The position numbers and the translations under genes are program-made. DNA of 64,000 nt, taken from NCBI GenBank assembly GCA_976226885.1, contig OZ320315.1, positions 97,526,001-97,590,000 on the forward strand, written 5' to 3'. The notes beneath the pieces were generated by a model. It had not been told where the DNA came from, did no database searches, and worked only from the letters and a program-made list of their open reading frames with translations. This document shows, piece by piece, positions 11,630 through 25,300 of this stretch (positions within the stretch are counted from its first letter, which is position 1; the number at the start of each line of letters is the position of its first letter). The DNA is from Iphione sp. A-MEVVRFRX5. Its lineage: Eukaryota.

Positions 11630-13300
11630 GTCAGTCCCATTTCAATGGAAAGAGACTGCTGTCATCATCGAAAACCAGCATGGGAGCCCACCTGTGAATT
11701 TGACGATTGCCACAGTTCTTCATTGAGAAAGGAAAAATCACAAAGTACACACAAGGAAACTGGGTCATCAAAGGCCTTTTAATCTGTGGATGGTCAGAGC
11801 TCCTGCAAAGGTGGGTGTGGTTATTTTCCCACTGTGTCCTTTCCCTGTCTCTGGGCTTACCCTTCCTGGTGTTGAGCCTCGGTGAGTGGAGTCCCTCCAC
11901 TCTTGTGTTGTCCTAGATGCTCCTCTCTATCTGGGGTTGGTGGTGTGGCTGTCTCTCTTCGTTCCTTCCTTGCCCTTCTGTGCTCCCCCAAAGGGTCTCT
12001 ATTGATCTTTGCCCTTACAGCTTTCTAGTGGGAGCATGGTTTTGAGCAAGCACGATGTGGACCTAGGCAAATTACACATTCAGGTGGAGCTCTACCTTCA
12101 CAGCATCAGGTGAAATGCCTTGCAGCATAGAGCCCACATTTCCCTCTCTGGAATGCCAGTCCTCTTGCTTATATCTATATATCCTTGGCACCGATAACAT
12201 CATGTTACCATAGAATATGGATGCACTACCAGTCGCCCTAAGGCCATAGATTAATCCTGATGAGGCAGGGTAGCTCAGTCCGGGTCTCTATCACAATAGA
12301 CCATGTGGGTTGTCTCCGGATGAAGATCCTATGTGCCTTGCTGTTTCTGTGTCATCCAATGATCTTGGAGTAATTCCCTTCACCATGTATCATTCCCCCA
12401 GCTGTAGTAGTTCTTTAACTATGTTGAGTCTTTCTACTGTCATGCGGTCTCAAGTGCTAATGTAAATGTGACAGTCCTGTTCTCCAAAAGTTTGGTAGTT
12501 TCCATATGGACAGGTGCCATCAATGGTCCTGTATGGGTTTTGCAGGTGCTTGGGATCATAGTAGACTGCAAGAGCTCTCCTAGTTTTTGTACAATGGGCT
12601 ATCACCGTGGTGAATCCTTCCTCATTGTCCATGGGCTTCTCTTCCTCCACTCTTACAGTCTTCTCCTGATACTCTTTCTCTTTTAGTCCTTGACCCTCGT
12701 GTGTCCAGTTACTTAGACCATTGCTGCCTGGCCCCTGGGCCTTGGTCTTACCTACCTTGTTGTGGTTAGGTTGTCTACCCTCTTGGCTTTGTTCCCCTGA
12801 GTTCTCATGGGTCTTTTATATGGAGTAAAGCATTTGTGTGTATGCTACACGATAGAGGTGTTGCAGCGAGGGAAATGTGGCCAAGTCTGTGGAAGTTGAT
12901 AGAGTATTTAATGATATCTGGGATGGTTAGGATTAGGACTTCCCAAGGGTATGTGGGGTGATGTGGGCAAGTGGCAGGTTAGAATTAAGATAGAGTACAA
13001 ATAAAAATTGATTACAGCAGTTAGGGCACCAATAAAATGTCCAGAGTGGGAATCATGTGAAAGCAGATTGTCAAAGGTTCTCTTGGCCTGCAAAAAGTTG
13101 GTTGTTAGGGGTGTAAGGATGAAATGGGATTGTTGTTCTGGGGTGTGTTGTTACTTCAGCAGGCAGGGTCAGGCAAGTTCGTATAATTCCTAAATTTGGT
13201 GTCCATAACTGGCCACTGGATGCCAGCAGCTAGATAGCGTTACACAGCGCAACACAGACCATAACAACCAGACCACACAACTACTATGATTAAGATAGTG
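11630..13300 (-). mobile_element. I/Jockey-like LINE 5' remnant (gag-like ORF1 with zinc knuckles)
   Basis: RCQGY..; KCGL..RH; PPECVICLGPHRACSKPC at ~12031-12200 (minus strand); boundaries approximate. Confidence 0.5.
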
Positions 13301-16300
13301 GTCATGGTTTCTTCAGGAGTAGCTGAGGGTTTTCCTCTTCCACTTTGTTGCTAGTGTCTCCACAGGCTGTTAGCGTGTAACAGTACTCAAGAGTGCTTAA
13401 GGTTTTCCTCACCCACTATACCTTGCATGAATCCATGTATATGGATGAAGTAGCATCTATCTGGTAGCAAATACTTCATTTATGCAATGTATTATATAGA
13501 GTATAAATACAGCTCTAAAAATAATAATAATCACTCTGACTCACTCACAGAAGCATCCATGACCCTTACTTACTTGCCTATTCATATATTTAAAGTGATA
13601 TGAATGTTATTTAGATAATTCCTCATTCAGTATTTTGTATCGAACTGAGTGTAATTTTCAATTAGATTAGATACTCTGTAACAGTATTGATTGTGCTTAA
13701 TGTTTTACTTACAGACCCTTTCCTATTATATCTTCCACCAATCGATGTATATGGCTAAAGTACCATCTATCTGGTAGCAAAAACCTCCAGCTCCCTCGAA
13801 GAAGCATCCAGCAGGTTCTCAACAACAACAAATCCTCACTATAGTCACTCTCAGACACACTCACCAATTGCACCACTGCCATGTTCTCTCCACTGGTTCC
13901 AACAGATCTAGAAAGTCTAAATCATCAGCGTCCAGCTTCAGCAAAGACACTTCAAAGAACAGGTAAAAAAAATCAATCTAGTCCTCCTTGCCCTCCTCCT
14001 GGACCTCAGAAGAAGAAATCTTTAGTTCTTCAAGAAAATGAGTATTCTCATAATCCTGAGGAATCTGATCTTCCTCACCTGCTCTAATGCACCGGCCTCA
14101 TCACCAGCTTGGGCAACAGGTGGCAGCAGAGTGGGGAAGACCCCCTTTTCCTCCTCTGCAACTTCCTGGCTGTTGCCCCTCACCTGCATAAGGCAAATGA
14201 ACAGCAACAACCACAGGTGGAAGGATGATGACGTTGCCTGCATCAGGCATTGGACAAACTGGTTGCTGTGGCAGAGCAACATCCAGTTGCTCCTCCTCAA
14301 TCTGACACAGGTCCCAACAACATCCTACTAAAATATGCCAAAAACAAGCCATTGCAAACATGTTATATGTTCAATGCAAGCAAATATATATTTTGCCTTT
14401 TTCCATGGTTTGTTGTTTGGTGGCGACATATGGGGTATCTATTATGACATGGGAAGTTTGATGGCCTTCAACCTGCAGAGTGAAGAGTAAAGTGGAAGAG
14501 ATATGAGCCACATCCGTTTTGTCCTCCTCAACCTGACACAGGCCCAAACAACATCCCACTAACTTATGCCCAAAATGAGCCATTTCAAATGTGTTATGTA
14601 CTCAATGCAAGCAAGTATATATTTTGTTTTATTCCATGGTTTGTTGTTCAGGAGAGACATATGGGGTACCTATTATGACATGGGAATGTTTATGGCCCTC
14701 AACCTGCAGAAACATAAACATGGTGGAGTCCAGCTTAGTTTGAATTGGTTATGAAAGTGAAGAGCAAAGTGGAAGTGATATGACTACAAGTCCTGAGATA
14801 AGGAAAACCAGCCCAAGTAATACTCACTTGTCTATTTGGATATTTAAAGTGATGTGAATGTTAATGACTTAGATATTTCCTTGGCTGTTGTACCTCAGCT
14901 GCATAAGACAAATAAATAGCAAGAACCATAGGTGCAAGAATAATGATGTTGCCTGCATCAGGCATTGGACAAACCAGCTGATGTTGCAGAGGCACATACA
15001 TGTGCTGCTCCTCAACCTGACACAGGCCTGAACAACATCCCACTAACCTATGCCCAAAACTAGCCATTACAAATATGCAATGCATTAGATGCAAGCAAAT
15101 ATGTTTTTCACCCTTCACCCTTTCACCTCCATGGTTTGTTTTTTGTGAAGACATATGGGTTACCTATTATCACATGGGAATGTTCCTGGCCCTCAACCTG
15201 CAGAACCATGTAAACATGGTGGAGTTCAGGGTTCTTGGAATTGGTAATCTTAGTGAAGAGCAAAAAAGTCTGAAGTGTAAAAAGAATTCAACCAACGACT
15301 CCTAATCCAATCATCATACTCTGCATAAAGAAAATAAATGACAACAACCACAGGTGCAAGCATGATGACGCTGCCCGCATTAGGCATTGGACAAACTGGT
15401 TAATATTGTGGAGCCACATCCAGTAGCTCCTCCTCAACCTGACACGGGCCTCAGCAACATCCCACTAACCTATGCCAAAAACAAGCCATTGCAAATGTAT
15501 TATGTGTTCAATGCAAGCAAATATATATTTCACCTTTTTACATGGTATGTTCTTTGGTGGAGACATATGGGTTACATATTATGAGATGGGAATATTCATG
15601 GCCCTCAACCTGCCAAACCATGTAAACATGATGGTGCTCAGGGTACTTAGGATTGCTTATCCAAGTGAAGAGCAAAAAGTCTGAAGTGTCAAAAATATCA
15701 ACCAATCCTCCTCACCCAATAATCATACTCTGCATCAGGCAAATTAATGACAAAAACCACAGGCACAATGATGATGATGGTGCTTGCATCAGGCATTGGA
15801 CAAACTGGTTGATGTGGCAGAGCCACATCCACTTACTCCTCCTGAACCTGACATAGGCCTCAACAACATCCCAATGTGTTATGTGCTCAATCCAAGCAAA
15901 TATATATTTTGTTTTTTTTTCCATGGTTTGTTGTTTGGGGAAGACATACGGAATACCTATTATGACATGTGAATGTTCATGGCCTTCAACCTGCAAAACC
16001 ATGTGAAGAAGGTGGAGTTCAGGCTACTTCGAATGTGTTATCCAAGTGAAGAGGACAAAGTGTAAAGTGTAAAAAAATCATCCATATTCTCACTCACACA
16101 ATCATGATCCTTTGCATAAGCTAAATGAATGGTAATAACCACAGGTACAAGGATGATGATGTTGCCTGCATCAGGCATTGGACAAACTGGTTGATGCAAG
16201 CAAATATATATTTCACCCTTTTCCATGGTTTGTGGTTTGGTGAAGACATATGGGTTACCTATTATCACATGAGAATGTTCCTGGCCCTCAACCTTCAGAA

Positions 16301-16329
16301 CAATGTAAACATGGTGGAGTTCAGGGTTC

Positions 16330-19300
16330 TTGGAATCGGTAATCTAAGTGAAGAGCAAAAAAGGCTGAAGTGTAAAAAAAATTCAACCATTCCTCCTAAT
16401 CCAATCATCATACTCTGCATAAAGCAAATAAAGGACAACAACCACAGGTGCAAGCATGATGACGTTGTCCGCATTAGGCATTGGACAAACTGGTTAATAT
16501 TGTGGAGCCACATCCAGTAGCTCCTCCTCAACCTGACACAGGCCTCAGCAACATCCCACTAACCTATGCCAAAAACAAGCTATTGCAAATGTATTATGTG
16601 TTCAATGCAAGGAAATGTATATTTCACCTTTTTACACGGTATGTTCTTTGGTGGAGACATATGGGTTACATATTATGAGATGGGAATGTTCAAGGCCCTC
16701 AACCTGCCAAACCATGTAAACATGGATAACCAATCATCACTACCCTGACCACCACCCATGTTTACATGGGAATGTTCATGGCCCTCAACCTGCAAAACCT
16801 GTTAAACATGGTGGAGTTCAGGGTACTTAGAATTGGTAATCTAAGTGAAGAGCAAAAAAGAAAAAAATTCAACCATTCCTCCTAATCCAAACATCATCCT
16901 CTGCATAAAGCAAATAAATGACAACAACCACAGGTGCAAGCATGAAGATATTACCCGCATTAGGCATTGGACAAACTGGTTAATATGGTGGAGTCACATC
17001 CAGTAGCTCCTCCTCAACTTGACACAGTCCTCAGCAGCATCCCACTAACCTATGCCAAAAACAAGCCATTGCAAATGTATTATGTGTTCAATGCAAGTAA
17101 TTATATATTTCACCTTTTTCCGCAGTATGTTCTTTGGTGGAGACATATGGGGTACCTATTATGACATGAGAATGTTCATGGCCCTGAACCTGCAGATCCA
17201 TGTAAACACAGTGGAGTTCAGGGTTCTTGGAATTGGTAATCTAAGTGAAGAGCAAAAAAGTCTCAAGTGTGAAAAAAATTCAACCAACTAATCCTAATCC
17301 CATCATCATACTCTGCATAAAGAAAATAAATGACAACAACCACAGGTGCAAGCATAATGACGTTGCCTGCATTAGGCATTGGACAAACTGGTTAATATGG
17401 TGGAGCCACATCCACTAGCTCCTCCTCAACCTGACACAGGCCTCAGCAACATCCCACTAACCTATGCCAAAAACAAGCCATTGCAAATGTATTATGTGTT
17501 CAATGCAAGCAAATATATATTTCACTTTTTTACACGGTATGTTCTTTGGTGGAGATATATGGGTTACATATTATGAGATGGGAATGTTCATGGCCCTCAA
17601 CCTGCCAAACCATGTAAACATGGATAACCAATCATCACTACCCTGACCACCACCATGTTTACATGGGAATGTTCATGGCCCTCAACCTGCCAAACCATGT
17701 AAACATGGTGGAGTTCAGGGTACTTAGAATTGGTAATCTAAGTGAAGAGCAAAAAAGAAAAAAATTCAACCATTCCTCCTAATCCAAACATCATCCTCTG
17801 CATAAAGCAAATAAATGACAACAACCACAGGTGCAAGCATGAAGATATTGCCCGCATTAGGCATTGGACAAACTGGTTAATATGGTGGAGTCACATCCAG
17901 TAGCTCCTCCTCAACCTGACACAGTCCTCAGCAGCATCCCACTAACCTATGCCAAAAACAAGCCATTGCAAATTTATTATGTGTTCAATGCAAGCAAATA
18001 TATATTTCACCTTTTTCCGCAGTATGTTCTTTGGTGGAGACATATGGGGGACCTATTATGACATGAGAATGTTTATGGCCCTGAACCTGCAGAACAATGT
18101 AAACATGGTGGAGTTCAGGGTTCTTGGAATCGGTAATCTAAGTGAAGAGCAAAAAAGGCTGAAGTGTAAAAAAAATTCAACCATTCCTCCTAATCCAATC
18201 ATCATACTCTGCATAAAGCAAATAAAGGACAACAACCACAGGTGCAAGCATGATGACGTTGTCCGCATTAGGCATTGGACAAACTGGTTAATATTGTGGA
18301 GCCACATCCAGTAGCTCCTCCTCAACCTGACACAGGCCTCAGCAACATCCCACTAACCTATGCCAAAAACAAGCCATTGCAAATGTATTATGTGTTCAAT
18401 GCAAGGAAATGTATATTTCACCTTTTTACACGGTATGTTCTTTGGTGGAGACATATGGGTTACATATTATGAGATGGGAATGTTCAAGGCCCTCAACCTG
18501 CCAAACCATGTAAACATGGATAACCAATCATCACTACCCTGACCACCACCATGTTTACATGGGAATGTTCATGGCCCTCAACCTGCAAAACCTGTTAAAC
18601 ATGGTGGAGTTCAGGGTACTTAGAATTGGTAATCTAAGTGAAGAGCAAAAAAGAAAAAAATTCAACCATTCCTCCTAATCCAAACATCATCCTCTGCATA
18701 AAGCAAATAAATGACAACAACCACAGGTGCAAGCATGAAGATATTACCCGCATTAGGCATTGGACAAACTGGTTAATATGGTGGAGTCACATCCAGTAGC
18801 TCCTCCTCAACCTGACACAGTCCTCAGCAGCATCCCACTAACCTATGCCAAAAACAAGCCATTGCAAATGTATTATGTGTTCAATGCAAGTAATTATATA
18901 TTTCACCTTTTTCCGCAGTATGTTCTTTGGTGGAGACATATGGGGTACCTATTATGACATGAGAATGTTCATGGCCCTGAACCTGCAGATCCATGTAAAC
19001 ACAGTGGAGTTCAGGGTTCTTGGAATTGGTAATCTAAGTGAAGAGCAAAAAAGTCTCAAGTGTGAAAAAAATTCAACCAACTAATCCTAATCCCATCATC
19101 ATACTCTGCATAAAGAAAATAAATGACAACAACCACAGGTGCAAGCATAATGACGTTGCCTGCATTAGGCATTGGACAAACTGGTTAATATGGTGGAGCC
19201 ACATCCACTAGCTCCTCCTCAACCTGACAAGGGCCTCAGCAACATCCCACTAACCTATTCCAAAAACAAGCCATTGCAAATGTATTATGTGTTGAATGGA

Positions 19301-22300
19301 AGCAAATATAGATTTCACCTTTTTACATGGTATTTTCTTTGGTGGAGACATATGGGGTACCTATTATAAGATGGGAATATTCATGGCCCTCAACCTGCCA
19401 AATCATGTAAACATGGATAACCAATCATCACTACCCTGACCACCACCATGTTTACAAGGAAACATTCATGGCCCTCCACCTGCCTAACCATGTAAACATG
19501 GTGGAGTTCAGGGTACTTGGAATTGGTAATCTAAGTGAAGAGCAAAAAAGGCTGAAGTGTAAAAAAAATTCAACCAACTCCTCCTAATCCAATCATCATC
19601 CTCTGCATAAAGCAAATAAATGACAACAACCACAGGTGCAAGCATGAAGACGTTGCCCGCATTAGGCATTGGACAAACTGGTTAATATAGTGGAGTCATA
19701 TCCAGTAGCTCCTCCTCAACCTGACACAGGCTTCAGCAACATCCCACTAACCTATGCCAAAAACAAGCCATTGCAAATGTATTATGTGTTCAATGCAAGT
19801 AATTATATATTTCACCTTTTTCCGCAGTATGTTCTTTGGTGGAGACATATGGGTTGCATATTATGACATGAGAATGTTCATGGCCCTGAACCTGCAGAAC
19901 CATGTAAACATGGTGGAGTTCAGGGTTCTTGGAATCGGTAATCTAAGTGAAGAGCAAAAAAGTCTCAAGTATGAAAAAAATTCAACCAACTCCTCCTAAT
20001 CCAATCATCATCCTCTGCATAAAGCAAATAAATGATAACAACCACAGGTACAAGCATGATGACGTTGCCCGCATTAGGCATTGGACAAACTGGTTAATAT
20101 TGTGGAGCCACATCCAGTAGCTCCTCCTCAACCTGACACAGGCCTCAGCAACATCCCACTTACCTATGCCAAAAACAAGCCATTGCAAATGTATTATGTG
20201 TTCAATGCAAGGAAATATATATTTCACTTTTTTACACGGTTTGTTCTTTGGTGGAGATATATGGGTTACATATTATGAGATGGGAATGTTCATGGCCCTC
20301 AACCTGCCAAATCATGTAAACATGGATGACCAATCATCACTACCCTGACCACCACCATGTTTACATGGGAATGTTCATGGCCCTCAACCTGCTGAACCAT
20401 GTAAACATGGTGGAGTTCAGGGTACTTAGAATTGGTAATCTAAGTGAAGAGCAAAAAAGTCTGAAGTGTAAAAAAAATTCAACAAACTCCTCCTAATCCA
20501 ATCATCATCCTCTGCATAAAGCAAATAAATGACAACAACCACAGGTGCAAGCATGAAGACATTGCCCGCATTAGGCATTGGAAGAACTGGTTAATATAGT
20601 GAAGCCACATCCAGTAGCTCCTCCTCAACCTGACACAGGCCTCAGCAACATCCCACTAACCTTTGCCAAAAACAAGCCATTGCAAATTTATTATGTGTTC
20701 AATGCAAGCAAATATATATTTCACCTTTTTCCGCAGTATGTTCTTTGGTGGAGACATATGGGGTACCTATTATGACATGAGAATGTTTATGGCCCTGAAC
20801 CTGCAGAACAATGTAAAAATGGTGGAGTTCAGGGTTCTTGGAATCGGTAATCTAAGTGAAGAGCAAAAAAGTCTGAAGTGTAAAAAAAATTCAACCATTC
20901 CTCCTAATCCAATCATCATACTCTGCATAAAGCAAATAAAGGACAACAACCACAGGTGCAAGCATGATGACGTTGTCCGCATTAGGCATTGGACAAACTG
21001 GTTAATATTGTGGAGCCACATCCAGTAGCTCCTCCTCAACCTGACACAGGCCTCAGCAACATCCCACTAACCTATGCCAAAAACAAGCCATTGCAAATGT
21101 ATTAAGTGTTGAATGGAAGGAAATGTATATTTCACCTTTTTACACGGTATGTTCTTTGGTGGAGACATGGGTTACATATTATGAGATGGGAATGTTCATG
21201 GCCCTCAACCTGCCAAACCATGTAAACATGGATAACCAATCATCACTACCCTGACCACCACCATGTTTACATGGGAATGTTCATGGCCCTCAAACTGCAA
21301 AACCTGTTAAACATGGTGGAGTTCAGGGTACTTAGAATTGGTAATCTAAGTGAAGAGCAAAAAAGAAAAAAATTCAACCATTCCTCCTAATCCAAACATC
21401 ATCCTCTGCATAAAGCAAATAAATGACAACAACCACAGGTGCAAGCATGAAGACATTGCCCGCATTAGGCATTGGATAAACGGGTTAATATGGTGGAGTC
21501 ACATCCAGTAGCTCCTCCTCAACCTGACACAGTCCTCAGCAGCATCCCACTAACCTATGCCAAAAACAAGCCATTGCAAATGTATTATGTGTTCAATGCA
21601 AGTAATTATATATTTCAACTTTTTCAGCAGTATGTTCTTTGGTGGAGACATATGGGGTACCTATTATGACATGAGAATGTTCATGGCCCTGAACCTGCAG
21701 ATCCATGTAAACACAGTGGAGTTCAGGGTTCTTGGAATTGGTGATCTAAGTGAAGAGCAAAAAAGTCTCAAGTGTGAAAAAAATTCAACCAACTAATCTT
21801 TATCCCATCATCATACTCTGCATAAAGAAAATAAATGACAACAACCACAGGTGCAAGCATAATGACGTTGCCTGCATTAGGCATTGGACAAACTGGTTAA
21901 TATGATGGAGCCACATCCACTAGCTCCTCCTCAACTTGACACAGGCCTCAGCAACATCCCACTAACCTATTCCAAAAACAAGCCATTGCAAATGTATTAT
22001 GTGTTGAATGGAAGCAAATATAGATTTCACCTTTTTACATGGTATTTTCTTTGGTGGAGACATATGGGGTACCTATTATGAGATGGGAATATTCATGGCC
22101 CTCAACCTGCCAAATCATGTAAACATGGATAACCAATCATCACTACCCTGACCACCACCATGTTTACAAGGAAACATTCATGGCCCTCCACCTGCCTAAC
22201 CATGTAAACATGGTGGAGTTCAGGGTACTTGGAATTGGTAATCTAAGTGAAGAGCAAAAAAGGCTGAAGTGTAAAAAAAATTCAACCAACTCCTCCTAAT

Positions 22301-25300
22301 CCAATCATCATCCTCTGCATAAAGCAAATAAATGACAACAACCACAGGTGCAAGCATGAAGGCGTTGCCCGCATTAGGCATTGGACAAACTGGTTAATAT
22401 AGTGGAGTCATATCCAGTAGCTCCTCCTCAACCTGACACAGGCCTCAGCAACATCCCACTAACCTATGCCAAAAACAAGCCATTGCAAATGTATTATGTG
22501 TTCAATGCAAGTAATTATATATTTCACCTTTTTCCGCAGTATGTTCTTTGGTAGAGACATATGGGTTACATATTATGACATGAGAATGTTCATGGCCCTG
22601 AACCTGCAGAACCATGTAAACATGGTGGAGTTCAGGGTTCTTGGAATCGGTAATCTAAGTGAAGAGCAAAAAAGTCTCAAGTATGAAAAAAATTCAACCA
22701 ACTCCTCCTAATCCAATCATCATCCTCTGCATAAAGCAAATAAATGATAACAACCACAGGTACAAGCATGATGACGTTGCCCGCATTAGGCATTGGACAA
22801 ACTGGTTAATATTGTGGAGCCACATCCAGTAGCTCCTCCTCAACCTGACACAGGCCTCATCAACATCCCATTTACCTATGCCAAAAACAAGCCATTGCAA
22901 ATGTATTATGTGTTCAATGCAAGCAAATATATATTTCACTTTTTTACACGGTATGTTCTTTGGTGGAGATATATGGGTTACATATTATGAGATGGGAATG
23001 TTCATGGCCCTCAACCTGCCAAATCATGTAAACATGGATGACCAATCATCACTACCCTGACCACCACCATGTTTACATGGGAATGTTCATGGCCCTCAAC
23101 CTGCCGAACCATGTAAACATGGTGGAGTTCAGGGTACTTAGAATTGGTAATCTAAGTGAAGAGCAAAAAAGTCTGAAGTGTAAAAAAAATTCAACAAACT
23201 CCTCCTAATCCAATCATCATCCTCTGCATAAAGCAAATAAATGACAACAACCACAGGTGCAAGCATGAAGACATTGCCCGCATTAGGCATTGGACGAACT
23301 GGTTAATATAGTGAAGCCACATCCAGTAGCTCCTCCTCAACCTGACACAGGCCTCAGCAACATCCTACTAACCTTTGCCAAAAACAAGCCATTGCAAATT
23401 TATTATGTGTTCAATGCAAGCAAATATATATTTCACCTTTTTCCGCAGTATGTTCTTTGGTGGAGACATATGGGGGACCTATTATGACATGAGAATGTTT
23501 ATGGCCCTGAACCTGCAGAACAATGTAAACATGGTGGAGTTCAGGGTTCTTGGAATCGGTAATCTAAGTGAAGAGCAAAAAAGTCTGAAGTGTAAAAAAA
23601 ATTCAACCATTCCTCCTAATCCAATCATCATACTCTGCATAAAGCAAATAAAGGACAACAACCACAGGTGCAAGCATGATGACGTTGTCCGCATTAGGCA
23701 TTGGACAAACTGGTTAATATTGTGGAGCCACATCCAGTAGCTCCTCCTCAACCTGACACAGGCCTCAGCAACATCCCACTAACCTATGCCAAAAACAAAC
23801 CATTACAAATGTATTATGTGTTCAATGCACGGAAATGTATATTTCACCTTTTTACACGGTATGTTCTTTGGTGGAGACATATGGGTTACATACTATGAGA
23901 TGGGAATGTTCATGGCCCTCAACCTGCCAAACCATGTAAACATGGATAACCAATCATCACTACCCTGACCACCACCATGTTTACATGGGAATGTTCATGG
24001 CCCTCAAACTGCCAAACCATGTAAACATGGTGGAGTTCAGGGTACTTAGAATTGGTAATCTAAGTGAAGAGCAAAAAAGAAAAAAATTCAACCATTCCTC
24101 CTAATCCAAACATCATCCTCTGCATAAAGCAAATAAATGACAACAACCACAGGTGCAAGCATGAAGATATTGCCCGCATTAGGCATTGGACAAACTGGTT
24201 AATATGGTGGAGTCACATCCAGTAGCTCCTCCTCAACCTGACACAGTCCTCAGCAGCATCCCACTAACCTATGCCAAAAACAAGCCATTGCAAATGTATT
24301 ATGTGTTCAATGCAAGTAATTATATATTTCACCTTTTTCAGCAGTATGTTCTTTGGTGGAGACATATGGGGTACCTATTATGACATGAGAATGTTCATGG
24401 CCCTGAACCTGCAGATCCATGTAAACACAGTGGAGTTCAGGGTTCTTGGAATTGGTAATCTAAGTGAAGAGCAAAAAAGTCTCAAGTGTGAAAAAAATTC
24501 AACCAACTAATCCTAATCCCATCATCATACTCTGCATAAAGAAAATAAATGACAACAACCACAGGTGCAAGCATAATGACGTTGCCTGCATTAGACATTG
24601 GACAAACTGGTTAATATGGTGGAGCCACATCCACTAGCTCCTCCTCAACCTGACACAGGCCTCAGCAACATCCCACTAACCTATTCCAAAAACAAGCCAT
24701 TGCAAATGTATTATGTGTTGAATGGAAGCAAATATAGATTTCACCTTTTTACATGGTATTTTCTTTGGTGGAGACATATGGGGTACCTATTATGAGATGG
24801 GAATATTCATGGCCCTCAACCTGCCAAATCATGTAAACATGGATAACCAATCATCACTACCCTGACCACCACCATGTTTACAAGGAAACATTCATGGCCC
24901 TCCACCTGCCTAACCATGTAAACATGGTGGAGTTCAGGGTACTTGGAATTGGTAATCTAAGTGAAGAGCAAAAAAGGCTGAAGTGTAAAAAAAAAATTCA
25001 ACCAACTAATCCTAATCCAATCATCATCCTCTGCATAAAGCAAATAAATGACAACAACCACAGGTGCAAGCATATAGACGTTGCCCGCATTAGGCATTGG
25101 ACAAACTGGTTAATATAGTGGAGTCATATCCAGTAGCTCCTCCTCAACCTGACACAGGCCTCAGCAACATCCCACTAACCTATGCCAAAAACAAGCCATT
25201 GCAAATGTATTATGTGTTCAATGCAAGGAAATGTATATTTCACCTTTTTACACGGTATGTTCTTTGGTGGAGACATATGGGTTACATATTATGAGATGGG

